From the IMG/VR virus record IMGVR_UViG_3300022752_000070, positions 1 to 62,397 of that record: DNA of 62,397 nt. The stretch is one strand, 5' to 3'. Below the pieces are notes generated by a model. That model did no database searches. It was given only the letters and a program-made list of their open reading frames with translations, and was not told the DNA's origin. Every line of letters starts with the position of its first letter. Positions within the stretch are counted from its first letter, which is position 1. The translations under genes were made by a program, and so were the position numbers. Below are positions 1 to 9,544 of the stretch, one piece after another. Origin of the DNA: a virus (taxonomy: Duplodnaviria > Caudoviricetes).

Positions 1-387
1 TAACTGCTTCTTCTCTTTTTGAATTCTTCTCAAAAATGCGTAGTGAATAATCTGAGTAAAGTAAGCAAAAGGATTCTTTGATTTCTCTGGATCAAAATTG
101 TGAATGTATTGAACGCAATTTTCAATTCCATCAGAAATCATATCCTCACGGAACATATAATTCACAAAGTTTGGTTTATATGATAAATGAGTCGCAATTT
201 TCAGAAAACATTCGCCAAGATAGTTTGGAATCGGAGGTTTACCGTCCCAATGCTTACCTCTATCTTCCTTAGTAGGTTTTCTATCATACTTCTTTAAAAA
301 TGAATTTTCAACCTTAGAACGATACACAATCATCGCTTCTAATAATTCTTTATTGTTTACATAATGTTCTGTTTTCTTTTTAGACAT
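1..387 (-). CDS. gp55: Late-transcription sigma factor gp55 (3' end truncated by window edge; absent from ORF track)
   Basis: Manual translation from ATG at 387: MSKKKTEHYVNNKELLEAM...YLGECFLKIATHLSYKPNFVNYMFREDMISDGIENCVQYIHNFDPEKSKNPFAYFTQIIHYAFLRRIQKEKKQL; hallmark gp55 motifs; typical position after uvsW. Confidence 0.96.
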   Translation of the reverse strand, partial: MSKKKTEHYVNNKELLEAMIVYRSKVENSFLKKYDRKPTKEDRGKHWDGKPPIPNYLGECFLKIATHLSYKPNFVNYMFREDMISDGIENCVQYIHNFDPEKSKNPFAYFTQIIHYAFLRRIQKEKKQL

Positions 388-416
388 ACCATCGGACTCA
401 TTTATAATTTTTCTTT

Positions 417-446
417 ATTATACCACACTTTTCAAGGGCTTGACAA
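417..446 (-). promoter_or_regulatory. Sigma70-like promoter for gp55 (TTGTCA-N18-TATAAT, extended -10 TG)
   Basis: Minus strand reads TTGTCAagcccttgaaaagtgtggTATAAT about 30 nt upstream of the gp55 ATG. Confidence 0.6.
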
Positions 447-468
447 TATATAAAAATATGAGTAGAAT
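440..468 (+). promoter_or_regulatory. Plus-strand sigma70-like promoter (TTGACA-N17-TAGAAT), antisense to the 496-903 gene and uvsW
   Basis: TTGACA at 440-445, 17-nt spacer, TAGAAT at 463-468; no plus-strand gene downstream. Confidence 0.55.
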
Positions 469-495
469 CCCTTTGTTATCGTTGAAGATGAAAAT

Positions 496-903
496 TTAAC
501 TTTCTTTAATACCTTTAAAAAGATTCTCAAGTTTTTTACGAGCATCTTCAACCGAAGAAATATAACCCATTTTAGATGAGGGTTTTACCTTACCAGAGGG
601 ATTGTAAATATCTATAGAATCATCACCAGTAATATAATCATTATAGATATCGATAATTCTTTTATCTTTAGTCTCAGTCATTGTAATAATTTTATCAAGT
701 TTAACTATAAAAAAATCATCATCAGATAATTCCATCCAAGATTTTACTTTAATGTGAATTCCTTGATGATTGTGGAATGTTTTCATTGTAACTGGATTTT
801 GAAGAACAATGACAGGATCACCATCATTCTCATCTACCATGACTAATGATAGAATTTCTTCACCTGATACTAGTTTAATAATTGCGTAAAACTCTTCTCC
901 CAT
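496..903 (-). CDS. Conserved cyanomyovirus hypothetical protein between uvsW and gp55
   Basis: 135-aa ORF with IIKLVSGEEI motif, coupled to the uvsW stop; usual synteny. Confidence 0.8.
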   Translation of the reverse strand: MGEEFYAIIKLVSGEEILSLVMVDENDGDPVIVLQNPVTMKTFHNHQGIHIKVKSWMELSDDDFFIVKLDKIITMTETKDKRIIDIYNDYITGDDSIDIYNPSGKVKPSSKMGYISSVEDARKKLENLFKGIKES

Positions 904-2366
904 TAGTTTTTTATCGGAATGTTTACAATATCATAATTAAAGTTTTCTTCGTTATAAACTTTGATTCTTTCGATTAGATGATTGAGTGTATAATTTTTTC
1001 TTGACTTGTAACTGATATCATCGGCAATGTCATATAGAGTTGCCTTTGTTTTAGTGTCCCCTTTCCTTAGGACTCTTCCGATTGATTGGAGATTTCTGAT
1101 TCTTGATTTACTAGGGGAAGCAAAGATGACATTATGTAGATTTTTAATGTTAACACCAGTAGAAAAAGTCCCGTAAGAAGCAACGATGATTGCATTATTT
1201 TCCTTTTCGGTAATTTCTCTAACCTTCTCTCTATCTTCAGTATCCACACCGCCATGAACAAAAAATACATGACGATTATCAAGTTTGCTATTATTTATGA
1301 GTTCGTATAAAGGTTGTCCGTGACCTTCGACTCTGGAAAATAAAATCAGAGTATTACCTTTAAGATCAAGTGCAAGGTTCTTGATAAATTTATTTCGTTT
1401 TTCGTGATTGATAATATATTGAACTTCTTCCTCAAAGTTTTCAAACTTATTTGGTGGATGTTTCAATAAAAGAATGTTAATATCTAAAGTTGCAACGTGA
1501 CCCTTCTGCATCAGTTCTTCTGTTCTGATAATTTTGTATGAAGGTCCAAATAAACCTTCAAGAACCCACTTATGCGTTTGTGTTCCGTCAAGTGTACCAG
1601 TAAATCCAAAACGATATTTTGCATCAGAAAGTTTTGTCATTATAGATACTAATGACTTCGATTTAAACTGGTGTGCTTCATCTCCAACGACCACATTAAA
1701 TCTTGAGAAATATTGTCGGGGAAGTTTGTAGATGGACTGCCAGGTCGTAATGATTACCTGAGAGTCGGTTTCTCTTTCTTTACCAGCATAGATCTTGTGG
1801 CAAAATGAACCCACATCCCACCCATAATCTGCAAAATCTTTATACATCTGCTCTACAAGGGATGTCGTCGGAACGACTATCAGAGTATTTTGTCCTTTCT
1901 CAACGTAATATCTCACAATTGAATATATCATCAAGGACTTTCCTGATGCAGTTGGAGATATCAATAACTTTCGATTATGTTTTAAAGCGTCGTATACTCC
2001 CTCAACTTGGTAATCTCGGGGAGCGTACTTGCAAATAGAGTTCATATAATCCTTTACACCTTCCTTTGAAATCATTTCATTGACTTCAAAAGGAAGACCA
2101 TAATACTTATTATTTCTGAACTCATAAGTATAATCGTGTTGCTCACAAAATCTTATAAGTTTATCCAATAATCCAACGTATATTTCTCTCGTATTAACAT
2201 TAAACAAATAAATGAAACCATCCCACCACTTATTTTTATAAGCAGGAGCAAACTTTGCGTTTGGGACTTCAAACTGAAAAGCATCTCTCAGTTCATAATA
2301 CACATGAGGTTCTGCTTCTATCTGTAAGTAAACCTCATTCTTTTTTGATATAACCAAATGAGACAT
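903..2366 (-). CDS. uvsW: UvsW SF2 DNA/RNA-DNA helicase
   Basis: Walker A SPTASGKS, DEAH box, GFTGT, QSIGRVLR motifs; follows uvsY. Confidence 0.96.
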   Translation of the reverse strand: MSHLVISKKNEVYLQIEAEPHVYYELRDAFQFEVPNAKFAPAYKNKWWDGFIYLFNVNTREIYVGLLDKLIRFCEQHDYTYEFRNNKYYGLPFEVNEMISKEGVKDYMNSICKYAPRDYQVEGVYDALKHNRKLLISPTASGKSLMIYSIVRYYVEKGQNTLIVVPTTSLVEQMYKDFADYGWDVGSFCHKIYAGKERETDSQVIITTWQSIYKLPRQYFSRFNVVVGDEAHQFKSKSLVSIMTKLSDAKYRFGFTGTLDGTQTHKWVLEGLFGPSYKIIRTEELMQKGHVATLDINILLLKHPPNKFENFEEEVQYIINHEKRNKFIKNLALDLKGNTLILFSRVEGHGQPLYELINNSKLDNRHVFFVHGGVDTEDREKVREITEKENNAIIVASYGTFSTGVNIKNLHNVIFASPSKSRIRNLQSIGRVLRKGDTKTKATLYDIADDISYKSRKNYTLNHLIERIKVYNEENFNYDIVNIPIKN

Positions 2367-2398
2367 TCATAAAATATCAGTTATTAATATTTATTTAA

Positions 2399-2830
2399 TT
2401 AATTAAACCCTGCCTGGAATCTATGCCATTCAATAGCATTTTTAATTTGATATGTTCTATTTGAAATTGTTTTAATAATCTCCTCTAAGAACTTCAACAT
2501 AATGTCATAATATCTGATCTTGAGTTCTACCTTACTTAGTTTTTCATCACCATCCATATGCCTCTGTAATGCCTCTTTGTCCCTAACTTTATATGGAAAG
2601 GGATCTTCCTCATAAACCTCTATCGGTGCCTTTCCAGTGTAGTAATTATAACGTTCAAGTTTGACTTTATTGTAAGTTTCTCTTGCTTTTTCACGCAACA
2701 AAATAATTGTATTATAGATTGTATAATACTTGGAGTGAAGTTGAGGAATTTTTAAAGATTCATCGTGTAGGTTATCAGGATCAATGACAGAATCTCTCTG
2801 CCACATCTCCTGAATTTCATCAAGATTCAT
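2399..2830 (-). CDS. uvsY: UvsY recombination mediator
   Basis: ESLKIPQLHSKY...RTYQIKNAIEWHRFQAG typical of UvsY; between gp3 and uvsW. Confidence 0.93.
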   Translation of the reverse strand: MNLDEIQEMWQRDSVIDPDNLHDESLKIPQLHSKYYTIYNTIILLREKARETYNKVKLERYNYYTGKAPIEVYEEDPFPYKVRDKEALQRHMDGDEKLSKVELKIRYYDIMLKFLEEIIKTISNRTYQIKNAIEWHRFQAGFN

Positions 2831-3369
2831 AAAGGTTGACCGTTTTTATCCAGGATATTATAGACAGTATACTTGAAAGTGACATCTGCTGTAAAGTAGT
2901 TGATGTCCGTATCACTTGCTTCAAACTCTAGAGAACTTAAATAAACTGGAAACAAGTCTTTAAATTTTACAATTGAAACAGTCTGATAATTGCTGTTCAA
3001 AATGTAAACACTTCCATCACTAAAGGCATTTAATGGATTTGAAATATTATCTTCTACAATAAAATCTTTATAATCCTTTGTGCTTTCTGGATATCCAAGA
3101 CCAGTTAACCAATTATGAATTGCCATGTAGTTCTCAAGATTTTCGTCAATCAAAAACCTTAATGAAAAATCACCATAGGTTAATTTGTCTCCAGGAACGT
3201 CAATATCCTTGAGGTAAGTTGGTTGTATCGCAGTACCCAAAGAAATTTCTGGTATTCTTAATGAATTGCAAAAAAAGGCAACCTTAGGTTCTTTTGCCAA
3301 AGTAAATTTAAATCCAACAGGAGACAAAAAATTTCTGTTCCCTATTTGCCCATCAAAAGCAGTTGCCAT
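2827..3369 (-). CDS. gp3: Tail tube terminator / tail completion protein gp3
   Basis: NFLSPVGFKF, PGDKLTYGDF, FLIDENLENY, FKDLFPVYLSSLEF tube-like motifs; downstream of gp23. Confidence 0.88.
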   Translation of the reverse strand: MATAFDGQIGNRNFLSPVGFKFTLAKEPKVAFFCNSLRIPEISLGTAIQPTYLKDIDVPGDKLTYGDFSLRFLIDENLENYMAIHNWLTGLGYPESTKDYKDFIVEDNISNPLNAFSDGSVYILNSNYQTVSIVKFKDLFPVYLSSLEFEASDTDINYFTADVTFKYTVYNILDKNGQPL

Positions 3370-3390
3370 GAGTTTTATTTTTATTTAGAT

Positions 3391-3420
3391 AAAAAAAGAG
3401 GGTTCCCGAAGGAACCCTCT
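3391..3420 (-). terminator. Rho-independent terminator after gp23
   Basis: Minus strand AGAGGGTTCC-TTCG-GGAACCCTCT followed by a T run. Confidence 0.9.
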
Positions 3421-3438
3421 AGAAGAATGTGAATTAAC

Positions 3439-4830
3439 TCACATGAGGTTGGTAACACGTACTCTTCTGTAGTAACGGTTTGCGTTAGCAGTAAGAGCAC
3501 TGGTTCCAGCAGCAGTACCAGACGAAAGAGCACCGTTATTGGCGAATGGGTTAGCAACAACACCATAACGGGTCTTAAAGCCGATCTTAGGTTGGAAGGT
3601 GTTCTCACCAACGGCACGTACCATTTGGAGAGGAACGTATGGGCAATAGAACAGACCTGCATCATAAGGGGAAGAACCCTTATAACCAACAACGTAGTAC
3701 TGAGCACCAGATCCAGCAGAACCTACGTTTGCCGAATATGGGTCGATGTATACTCTGTACTTACCTTGAAGAACACCAGCAAAGGTATTGCCAGTATCAT
3801 CAACGTTGAGGTTAGCATTGAGTGCAGGGGTGTAATCGAGGACACCAGCCATGGTCAGTGCTGAAGCAACGTCAGCAGAGCACATGATGATGTTGCCCTT
3901 CCCTCTACGAGTTCTTTGTGCAATTGCGTTTGCATCACGCTCGATTTGGAAAATCAGACCCTTGAACTTCTCAACCGACCAACGACCGTTGGAGTCAACA
4001 TCAAGGTCGAAAGTACCAGCAGTAGCAACGTTTGACTGAGCACCAGCTTCAGCAACGTTATAGATGGTACGGATGATTTCACGGTTGATTTCAGCAAGAA
4101 TCTCAGTTGACAGAATGTTTGCCAACTCAGCTTCAGCATTCAGACCGTGAATTGCCTTGAGGTCCTGTGCAAGTTCGAGTGAGTACTCAGCTTTCAGAGC
4201 TCTTGAACGTGCGGTAACGGTAACCTTCTCGATCGAGAATGCCATCTCGTTGAACGAACCCGAATCACCACCAAGGTTTTCCGAGTCACCAGTGTTCATA
4301 CCGGTGTTAACGTTATAAGTACCCGAGTCGTTCAGAACTGCTGGGTTGTCACCAGTTTGTGCTGCGGTAGTACCGATACCAGTTGCGGTAAGAGTTCCAG
4401 CAGCATTCTGACCCGAGAATCTGGTGTTAGCTTCGTTGAAGAATGCTTCATCACCAGTCTGGGTGCTGTAGCGTGAACGCATTGCGAAAATGAGTCCAGT
4501 AGGACCGTTCATTGGTTGAACACCTGCGAGGTCATATGCGACCAGGTTAGGCATTGAACGTCTGATCAGTGAGATCAGAACAGGATCGAAACCTGCAACA
4601 GGGGCATTAGCTGTACCACCAAAAGCACCAGAAGCACCGGTAGCATTACCTGAGTTGGTGATTGGGGTTTCGTAGAGAAACTCACGCTCTTCACGGAGTG
4701 CTCTTTCTTGGTTCTCCAGGAGAACTGCGGTCACCATTCTACGATGTGCATCTTTGATGTCACTGAGACCATTATGGTCTAGGAGTGGTGCCCACTTCTC
4801 CTGCAGTTGTTCTGCATTGAACATTTGCAT
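3439..4830 (-). CDS. gp23: Major capsid protein gp23
   Basis: LISLIRRSMPNL, GVQPMNGPTGLIFAMR, SRALKAEYSLELAQDLKAIHG, FQPKIGFKTRYG. Confidence 0.99.
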   Translation of the reverse strand: MQMFNAEQLQEKWAPLLDHNGLSDIKDAHRRMVTAVLLENQERALREEREFLYETPITNSGNATGASGAFGGTANAPVAGFDPVLISLIRRSMPNLVAYDLAGVQPMNGPTGLIFAMRSRYSTQTGDEAFFNEANTRFSGQNAAGTLTATGIGTTAAQTGDNPAVLNDSGTYNVNTGMNTGDSENLGGDSGSFNEMAFSIEKVTVTARSRALKAEYSLELAQDLKAIHGLNAEAELANILSTEILAEINREIIRTIYNVAEAGAQSNVATAGTFDLDVDSNGRWSVEKFKGLIFQIERDANAIAQRTRRGKGNIIMCSADVASALTMAGVLDYTPALNANLNVDDTGNTFAGVLQGKYRVYIDPYSANVGSAGSGAQYYVVGYKGSSPYDAGLFYCPYVPLQMVRAVGENTFQPKIGFKTRYGVVANPFANNGALSSGTAAGTSALTANANRYYRRVRVTNLM

Positions 4831-4876
4831 TTGAATTTACCTCTTTAAAAAAGTTAGTTTGACTATGATCTATAAA

Positions 4877-6076
4877 TCACTTTTTAGAAACTCTATTCAG
4901 AGTTTGAATATATGATTCCATCAAACCAGAAACTGGTTGTAGAATACTATCCATTCCTTCGGAAATTGTCTCTGAAACGTTTCTTTGAGTACCAGCATTA
5001 GATGGGAAATATGATTCCCTCAGGGTTACTAGTTTCTCACGATAGTTCTCTTCACTATCAAACTCAACATTTTCGGCAAGAGAAGCGAGTTTGTCCTTCT
5101 GAGAAAGTGCTAGACCCTCAGCGACATCTGCAAAGATTACATCGGCAACCGACTCTGCTAATCTTCTATTCAGAGCAATATTTCTTTCGATTTGCTCGTT
5201 GAGTTTTCCTTCCATTTCATCAAGTTTATCTACCATGCTCTCGATTACATCATATCTATCTTCAGGGATTGTTACATAATGATCTTCAAAAAGACCCTTC
5301 ATTCCTTGGAGAAATGATTCGGTCATTTCACTCTTGAGACCGTGCTCGACTGCAAGTGCATTCTCTTGAATCCACTCGTCAGCAACATACTCAAGGTATG
5401 CATCAACACGATCGGTTAATTCTTCTTTAATTAATTGAATTTCTTCAATTAAAGTCTCTTCATATTGAGATTGAATTTGCTCTTTGATTTCTGCAACTTT
5501 AGTTCTAATAGCTGCTTCAAAGATAGTACGTGCTTTCTCTTGGAATTCCTCAGAAAGATCCTCACCTTCGAGAAGAGCATTGACATCTTCTTCGATGTCA
5601 AACTCTTCTTTCATTTCATCTTCATCTTCTTTCTTTTCGTGTCCCTTACCTTCTTTCTTCTCACCCTTCTCTTTCTTACCTTCTTTATGGGGAGCCTCAC
5701 CAGGCTCTTCTTCTTCTTCGGCAGCTTCAGCAACTACTTCCTCTTCGTCTTCGAGAACCTCTTCTTCATCAACAAGATCTTCTTCATCTTCGGTCTCTTC
5801 CTTAACAGCACCTTTTGCTAAATGCTGCATAGGATCTGCTGCCTTTGCTCCTTTGTTGACAATATTCTTGACTTGAGCAAGAGTCTTGCCTGGAGTATTG
5901 AGTTTAGCAGAATCATCGTCTGAACGATAATTTTCTGGAGTAGGTCCACCGAGATCTTCCCAATTACCTGTTTGACCATCAGGAATACCTGTGGTTAACT
6001 TTTTCATTGGTTCAGCTGCAGCAGCGCCTTTGGTTACTACGTTTTCCATTTCTTGTAAATTGCTACCAACGGACAT
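4877..6076 (-). CDS. gp22: Prohead core scaffold protein gp22
   Basis: Acidic coiled-coil; LSEEFQEKARTIFEAA, VDAYLEYVADEW; between gp21 and gp23. Confidence 0.93.
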   Translation of the reverse strand: MSVGSNLQEMENVVTKGAAAAEPMKKLTTGIPDGQTGNWEDLGGPTPENYRSDDDSAKLNTPGKTLAQVKNIVNKGAKAADPMQHLAKGAVKEETEDEEDLVDEEEVLEDEEEVVAEAAEEEEEPGEAPHKEGKKEKGEKKEGKGHEKKEDEDEMKEEFDIEEDVNALLEGEDLSEEFQEKARTIFEAAIRTKVAEIKEQIQSQYEETLIEEIQLIKEELTDRVDAYLEYVADEWIQENALAVEHGLKSEMTESFLQGMKGLFEDHYVTIPEDRYDVIESMVDKLDEMEGKLNEQIERNIALNRRLAESVADVIFADVAEGLALSQKDKLASLAENVEFDSEENYREKLVTLRESYFPSNAGTQRNVSETISEGMDSILQPVSGLMESYIQTLNRVSKK

Positions 6077-6107
6077 TTGTTTAGATATTTTTGTATTAAT
6101 CTATATT

Positions 6108-6115
6108 TATTTATA
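6108..6115 (-). promoter_or_regulatory. T4-type late promoter TATAAATA (gp22)
   Basis: Exact TATAAATA on the minus strand upstream of gp22. Confidence 0.8.
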
Positions 6116-6117
6116 AA

Positions 6118-6768
6118 TTATAGATTTGAAAGAAAATCTTGGAAAAGATTTAACTTATGCTCTTCCAATCTTTTTTGATCAACAAGAGTGTTAATTCTTC
6201 TTTGAGTTTGTTCTGCCAGTTTTTCACGAAGAATTCCTCCTTCCCAAACCCACTCTTTACCTTCCATAATTCCCTGAACAAAGGCATCGGGAGCAGAAGG
6301 ATCTGCCACGATATCGGCAGCAGTTGCAAGCATGAAATCTTCACCAACAATTTTATGACCCTCATTGGTCATCTTAAGTGAACCAACACCACGAGAAGAA
6401 ACACCGAGACAAACTCCTTCACCAATAAGAGATTTTGCAATCTTACCCATTGGAGTTTCAAGAAGTTGTGCCTTACCTCTAAAGTTTGTTCCATCTTGCT
6501 CAAGAGAAACAATCTTATGAGAAACACGATCAAGGTTTACGGTTGGACCATCTGGGTGTCCAAGTTCTCCAAGAGCACGACCCTTTTGAACAAAATTTTC
6601 ATTGTATCTGGAAACTTCTTTCGAGAGAGTTGCCATAGGATACATTCTTCCATTACGATTGCAAATGTCTCCTTGAAGAAAAATTCCCTCAATAAACATT
6701 TTTTTGTCGGCACCTTTACCTTCGACAATGAATTCTACTTTTTGAATTTCTTCTGTGATGAGTTTCAT
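6118..6768 (-). CDS. gp21: Prohead protease gp21
   Basis: IEGIFLQ, NRNGRMYP, ALGELGHP, GVSSRGVGS, DIVADPSAPDA. Confidence 0.97.
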   Translation of the reverse strand: MKLITEEIQKVEFIVEGKGADKKMFIEGIFLQGDICNRNGRMYPMATLSKEVSRYNENFVQKGRALGELGHPDGPTVNLDRVSHKIVSLEQDGTNFRGKAQLLETPMGKIAKSLIGEGVCLGVSSRGVGSLKMTNEGHKIVGEDFMLATAADIVADPSAPDAFVQGIMEGKEWVWEGGILREKLAEQTQRRINTLVDQKRLEEHKLNLFQDFLSNL

Positions 6769-6773
6769 TTTTA

Positions 6774-7040
6774 TTAATTGGTAAATCCTACTTTTGCTGC
6801 TTTAATTGCTGGAGTTGTATAAATTACATCAGACGGTAATTTAGTTAAAAACTCAACTGAATTTGCAGGCATAGAGAAGAAAATAGTTGTTGCAGCTCCA
6901 ACTAATGTGGAAATGCCAACTGTTGCGATACCACCAGTATTGTTATGAAGTCTGACGCAAGTTGCCTGACTTATGCTTGAAGCACTTCCTGCTACAGTTG
7001 GAGTTGCAACTTCTGTCGCAACCATTTTAGTTATTTGCAT
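6774..7040 (-). CDS. Small hypothetical (probable virion) protein
   Basis: 88-aa ORF in the head operon between gp20 and gp21. Confidence 0.75.
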   Translation of the reverse strand: MQITKMVATEVATPTVAGSASSISQATCVRLHNNTGGIATVGISTLVGAATTIFFSMPANSVEFLTKLPSDVIYTTPAIKAAKVGFTN

Positions 7041-7207
7041 TATTCTTCCCCTGTGTCTGGTTCATCTTGATCAAACATTATATTTGCAACTACTGGTCTA
7101 AGACTTTCAATTCTTTCAGATGCTTTTGCAAATAATGCATTCTTAATAACATCACTAACTTGTGATGCTGAGGAATCAGTAGCAATCAAATTTACAATTT
7201 CTTCCAT
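7040..7207 (-). CDS. Small prohead-core-like protein (55 aa; absent from ORF track)
   Basis: MEEIVNLIATDSSASQVSDVIKNALFAKASERIESLRPVVANIMFDQDEPDTGEE; stop overlaps the next ATG; late promoter upstream; position of T4 gp67/gp68. Confidence 0.75.
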   Translation of the reverse strand: MEEIVNLIATDSSASQVSDVIKNALFAKASERIESLRPVVANIMFDQDEPDTGEE

Positions 7208-7232
7208 AAAATTTTAATACTGTTTATAGATG

Positions 7233-7240
7233 TATTTATA
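7233..7240 (-). promoter_or_regulatory. Late promoter TATAAATA
   Basis: Exact TATAAATA overlapping the gp20 stop. Confidence 0.75.
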
Positions 7241-8903
7241 TTTCTGCCTTTTTAGTATCTTTTTGCAGATTGGCATCTGTTACTGATGCTTGGTTAGTTA
7301 AATCCGGTTCTTGAGGGACATTCCCTAAAGAACCCATTTCTCCTTGTTGAGGCAATGGTTCACCAGTAATTGGATCAATAGCACTTGGATCTGGTATTAC
7401 TCCATTTTCAATTTCTTTTTCTATTTGCTCATCTATTTCGATTATTTCTGAATCAGTTTGACGAAGAACTTTCTTACGAACCCATTCTGTTGAATAATAC
7501 TTTCCAATATATGGTTCAATAGTTGCAAGAGTTCCAAGTCTTTCATTCAGTAGTTCAGACTCTTTTAGTTCCGCAAATTGATTATCATACAAGAAGTCAT
7601 ATTGAATATGATCTGCCATTATTTCCCAATCTTCTGGAGAAACAATGTTCTTTAGAATCAATTGTGTGCGAAGCATATCATTAAACATTTGAGCAAATCT
7701 TTTTCTCAAACGTCCAACAAATTTAGAGAATTTAAGTTCATCTCTTAAAATCTCAGAAGATCTTCCAAGATTAAAACCACCATCGTTTGCAATTCTGGAT
7801 TCTGGAACACCAAGTGCTCTATAGAGTTTCTTTTGGAAATATTCAATATCGGAAAGTTCACCAAGATTTTGACCACCAGGAAGAGTTGTGATTTCTGTAC
7901 CACGACCACCTTCTCTTCTTGGAAGCCAAAAGTCTTCAAGCATACTCATGAACTTGCGATCATCACGAACTTCACCAGTATTTGCGTCGTAAACAAGTTT
8001 GTTACGATAACGACTCATAACCTCTTTGAGGTATTGTTCGGCCTTTACTTTAGGAAGATTTCCAACATCAATATAAAATATTCTTCTTTCTGGTGCTCTA
8101 GATAATCTATAAATCACCAAAGAGTCTTCAATCATACGAAGTTGATTGAGAGCCTTAATAGCTTTGTGAAGATATGAAAGAACAGTTCCCTTATTTCTAT
8201 CTACTAAACCAGAACTGCAATATGTAATTGAATCTTTTGCAATTTTCACAGATCCTTTACCAGATCCTGAAATCATACCAGATGGATAGTTTGGTTTTGG
8301 AGTATATAAAAAGTATTCTTCAAGATCTGGTTCTACTATTGGTTCATCTCTACCACCTCTATTATAATTAATAACATCTCTCTTATCTTTTTTCTTTTCT
8401 TGACGGATATATTTCATTTTCATGGGATCAATATATCTAAGATCCTGAATGCCCGCCTGAGGATTTTTTGTATCTATAACTTTTAAATAATAAATTCTAC
8501 CATCAATATACCAGTTTCTAAAAATTTCGTGAGATTTTCTATCAAAATCTAAAATTTCTTTGAGATATCTAAATTCTTCTCTGATTACTTTTTTTAGTTT
8601 ATCACTTGCATTTAAATTTGATAATTCAATTTCTACAGGTGAATCGTATAAATCACTGACTATTGCTTCATTTACAACATCTTCAATAGCATTATCACAC
8701 TCAGGGTGCAATGCCATTTCACGATATCTTCTGATTAAATCGTGTTCGGTACGATATACACCTTCAATATCTATGTAAGATCCATAAAAACCACTAGCAA
8801 TATAATTATCAACCCCGTCCTCATTAGTTTGAGGAACGGGGGATAATACTGAAGGTGATTTATCTTGTTTATCGTCAATAGAAAAACCAAAAAGTTTTGC
8901 CAT
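7236..8903 (-). CDS. gp20: Portal vertex protein gp20
   Basis: YRLSRAPERRIFYIDVGNLP, EDFWLPRREGGRGTEITTLPGGQNLG. Confidence 0.99.
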   Translation of the reverse strand: MAKLFGFSIDDKQDKSPSVLSPVPQTNEDGVDNYIASGFYGSYIDIEGVYRTEHDLIRRYREMALHPECDNAIEDVVNEAIVSDLYDSPVEIELSNLNASDKLKKVIREEFRYLKEILDFDRKSHEIFRNWYIDGRIYYLKVIDTKNPQAGIQDLRYIDPMKMKYIRQEKKKDKRDVINYNRGGRDEPIVEPDLEEYFLYTPKPNYPSGMISGSGKGSVKIAKDSITYCSSGLVDRNKGTVLSYLHKAIKALNQLRMIEDSLVIYRLSRAPERRIFYIDVGNLPKVKAEQYLKEVMSRYRNKLVYDANTGEVRDDRKFMSMLEDFWLPRREGGRGTEITTLPGGQNLGELSDIEYFQKKLYRALGVPESRIANDGGFNLGRSSEILRDELKFSKFVGRLRKRFAQMFNDMLRTQLILKNIVSPEDWEIMADHIQYDFLYDNQFAELKESELLNERLGTLATIEPYIGKYYSTEWVRKKVLRQTDSEIIEIDEQIEKEIENGVIPDPSAIDPITGEPLPQQGEMGSLGNVPQEPDLTNQASVTDANLQKDTKKAEI

Positions 8904-8936
8904 ATTATAAAGTTTAAACTCTTATTATTTTACTAT

Positions 8937-9521
8937 TTAGGTGATATCTTCACCACCTTTTATTCCTTTATAAGCTTCCCACCAGTGAACTTGCAGTTCT
9001 ACCGTAAACTCTTGAATTGTATCTGTGGTTTCATAATTTAAATCAATAGTAGAAATATTAGTTGGGAAAATATCCCAGAACTTGTACGATCTCAAAATTG
9101 CACCGTCACGATCTAATTGATGAACGGTAGCATCTTTTTGGTAATCAACTGGGTTGGTTAAACCAGTTGCATCCGACATTTTATTGATAGTATTCATCCA
9201 CTTTTCAAATGCGGATCTAATTCCAAAGTCAGTATCATTAATAACGGTAATTGTCCAAGTATCAAAGGTTCTGTCACCAGCAATTTTAAGAATACGACCT
9301 CTGAAAGGAACCTCAATAGGAGTTACATTTGATGCTGGCAAAGCAGCTGCTTTTACAAGAAATCTTGACTTTTGAAGTACATCACTATCAATACCAACAC
9401 CGGTAGGAAATGCTAATTCAACTTCAAAAAGATTGGGTCTTGCTCCACCACCAGATAACTTACTCTTGAAATCGGTAATTTTTCTGAGTGGAATTGTGTT
9501 TTGTTGTTGACGAGTTGCCAT
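8937..9521 (-). CDS. gp19: Tail tube protein gp19
   Basis: GGARPNLFEV, FRGRILKIAGDRTFDTWTITV, FPTNISTIDL. Confidence 0.97.
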   Translation of the reverse strand: MATRQQQNTIPLRKITDFKSKLSGGGARPNLFEVELAFPTGVGIDSDVLQKSRFLVKAAALPASNVTPIEVPFRGRILKIAGDRTFDTWTITVINDTDFGIRSAFEKWMNTINKMSDATGLTNPVDYQKDATVHQLDRDGAILRSYKFWDIFPTNISTIDLNYETTDTIQEFTVELQVHWWEAYKGIKGGEDIT

Positions 9522-9544
9522 AGTTCTTTAAACCTCTAAATTAA

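Noticed and set aside
3381-3707. 108-aa minus ORF overlapping the gp23 3' end (possible frameshift extension)
   Set aside because: No slippery site identified and it runs through the gp23 terminator
5465-5876. Plus-strand Phe- and Ser-rich ORFs
   Set aside because: Reverse complement of the GAA-rich acidic tract of gp22
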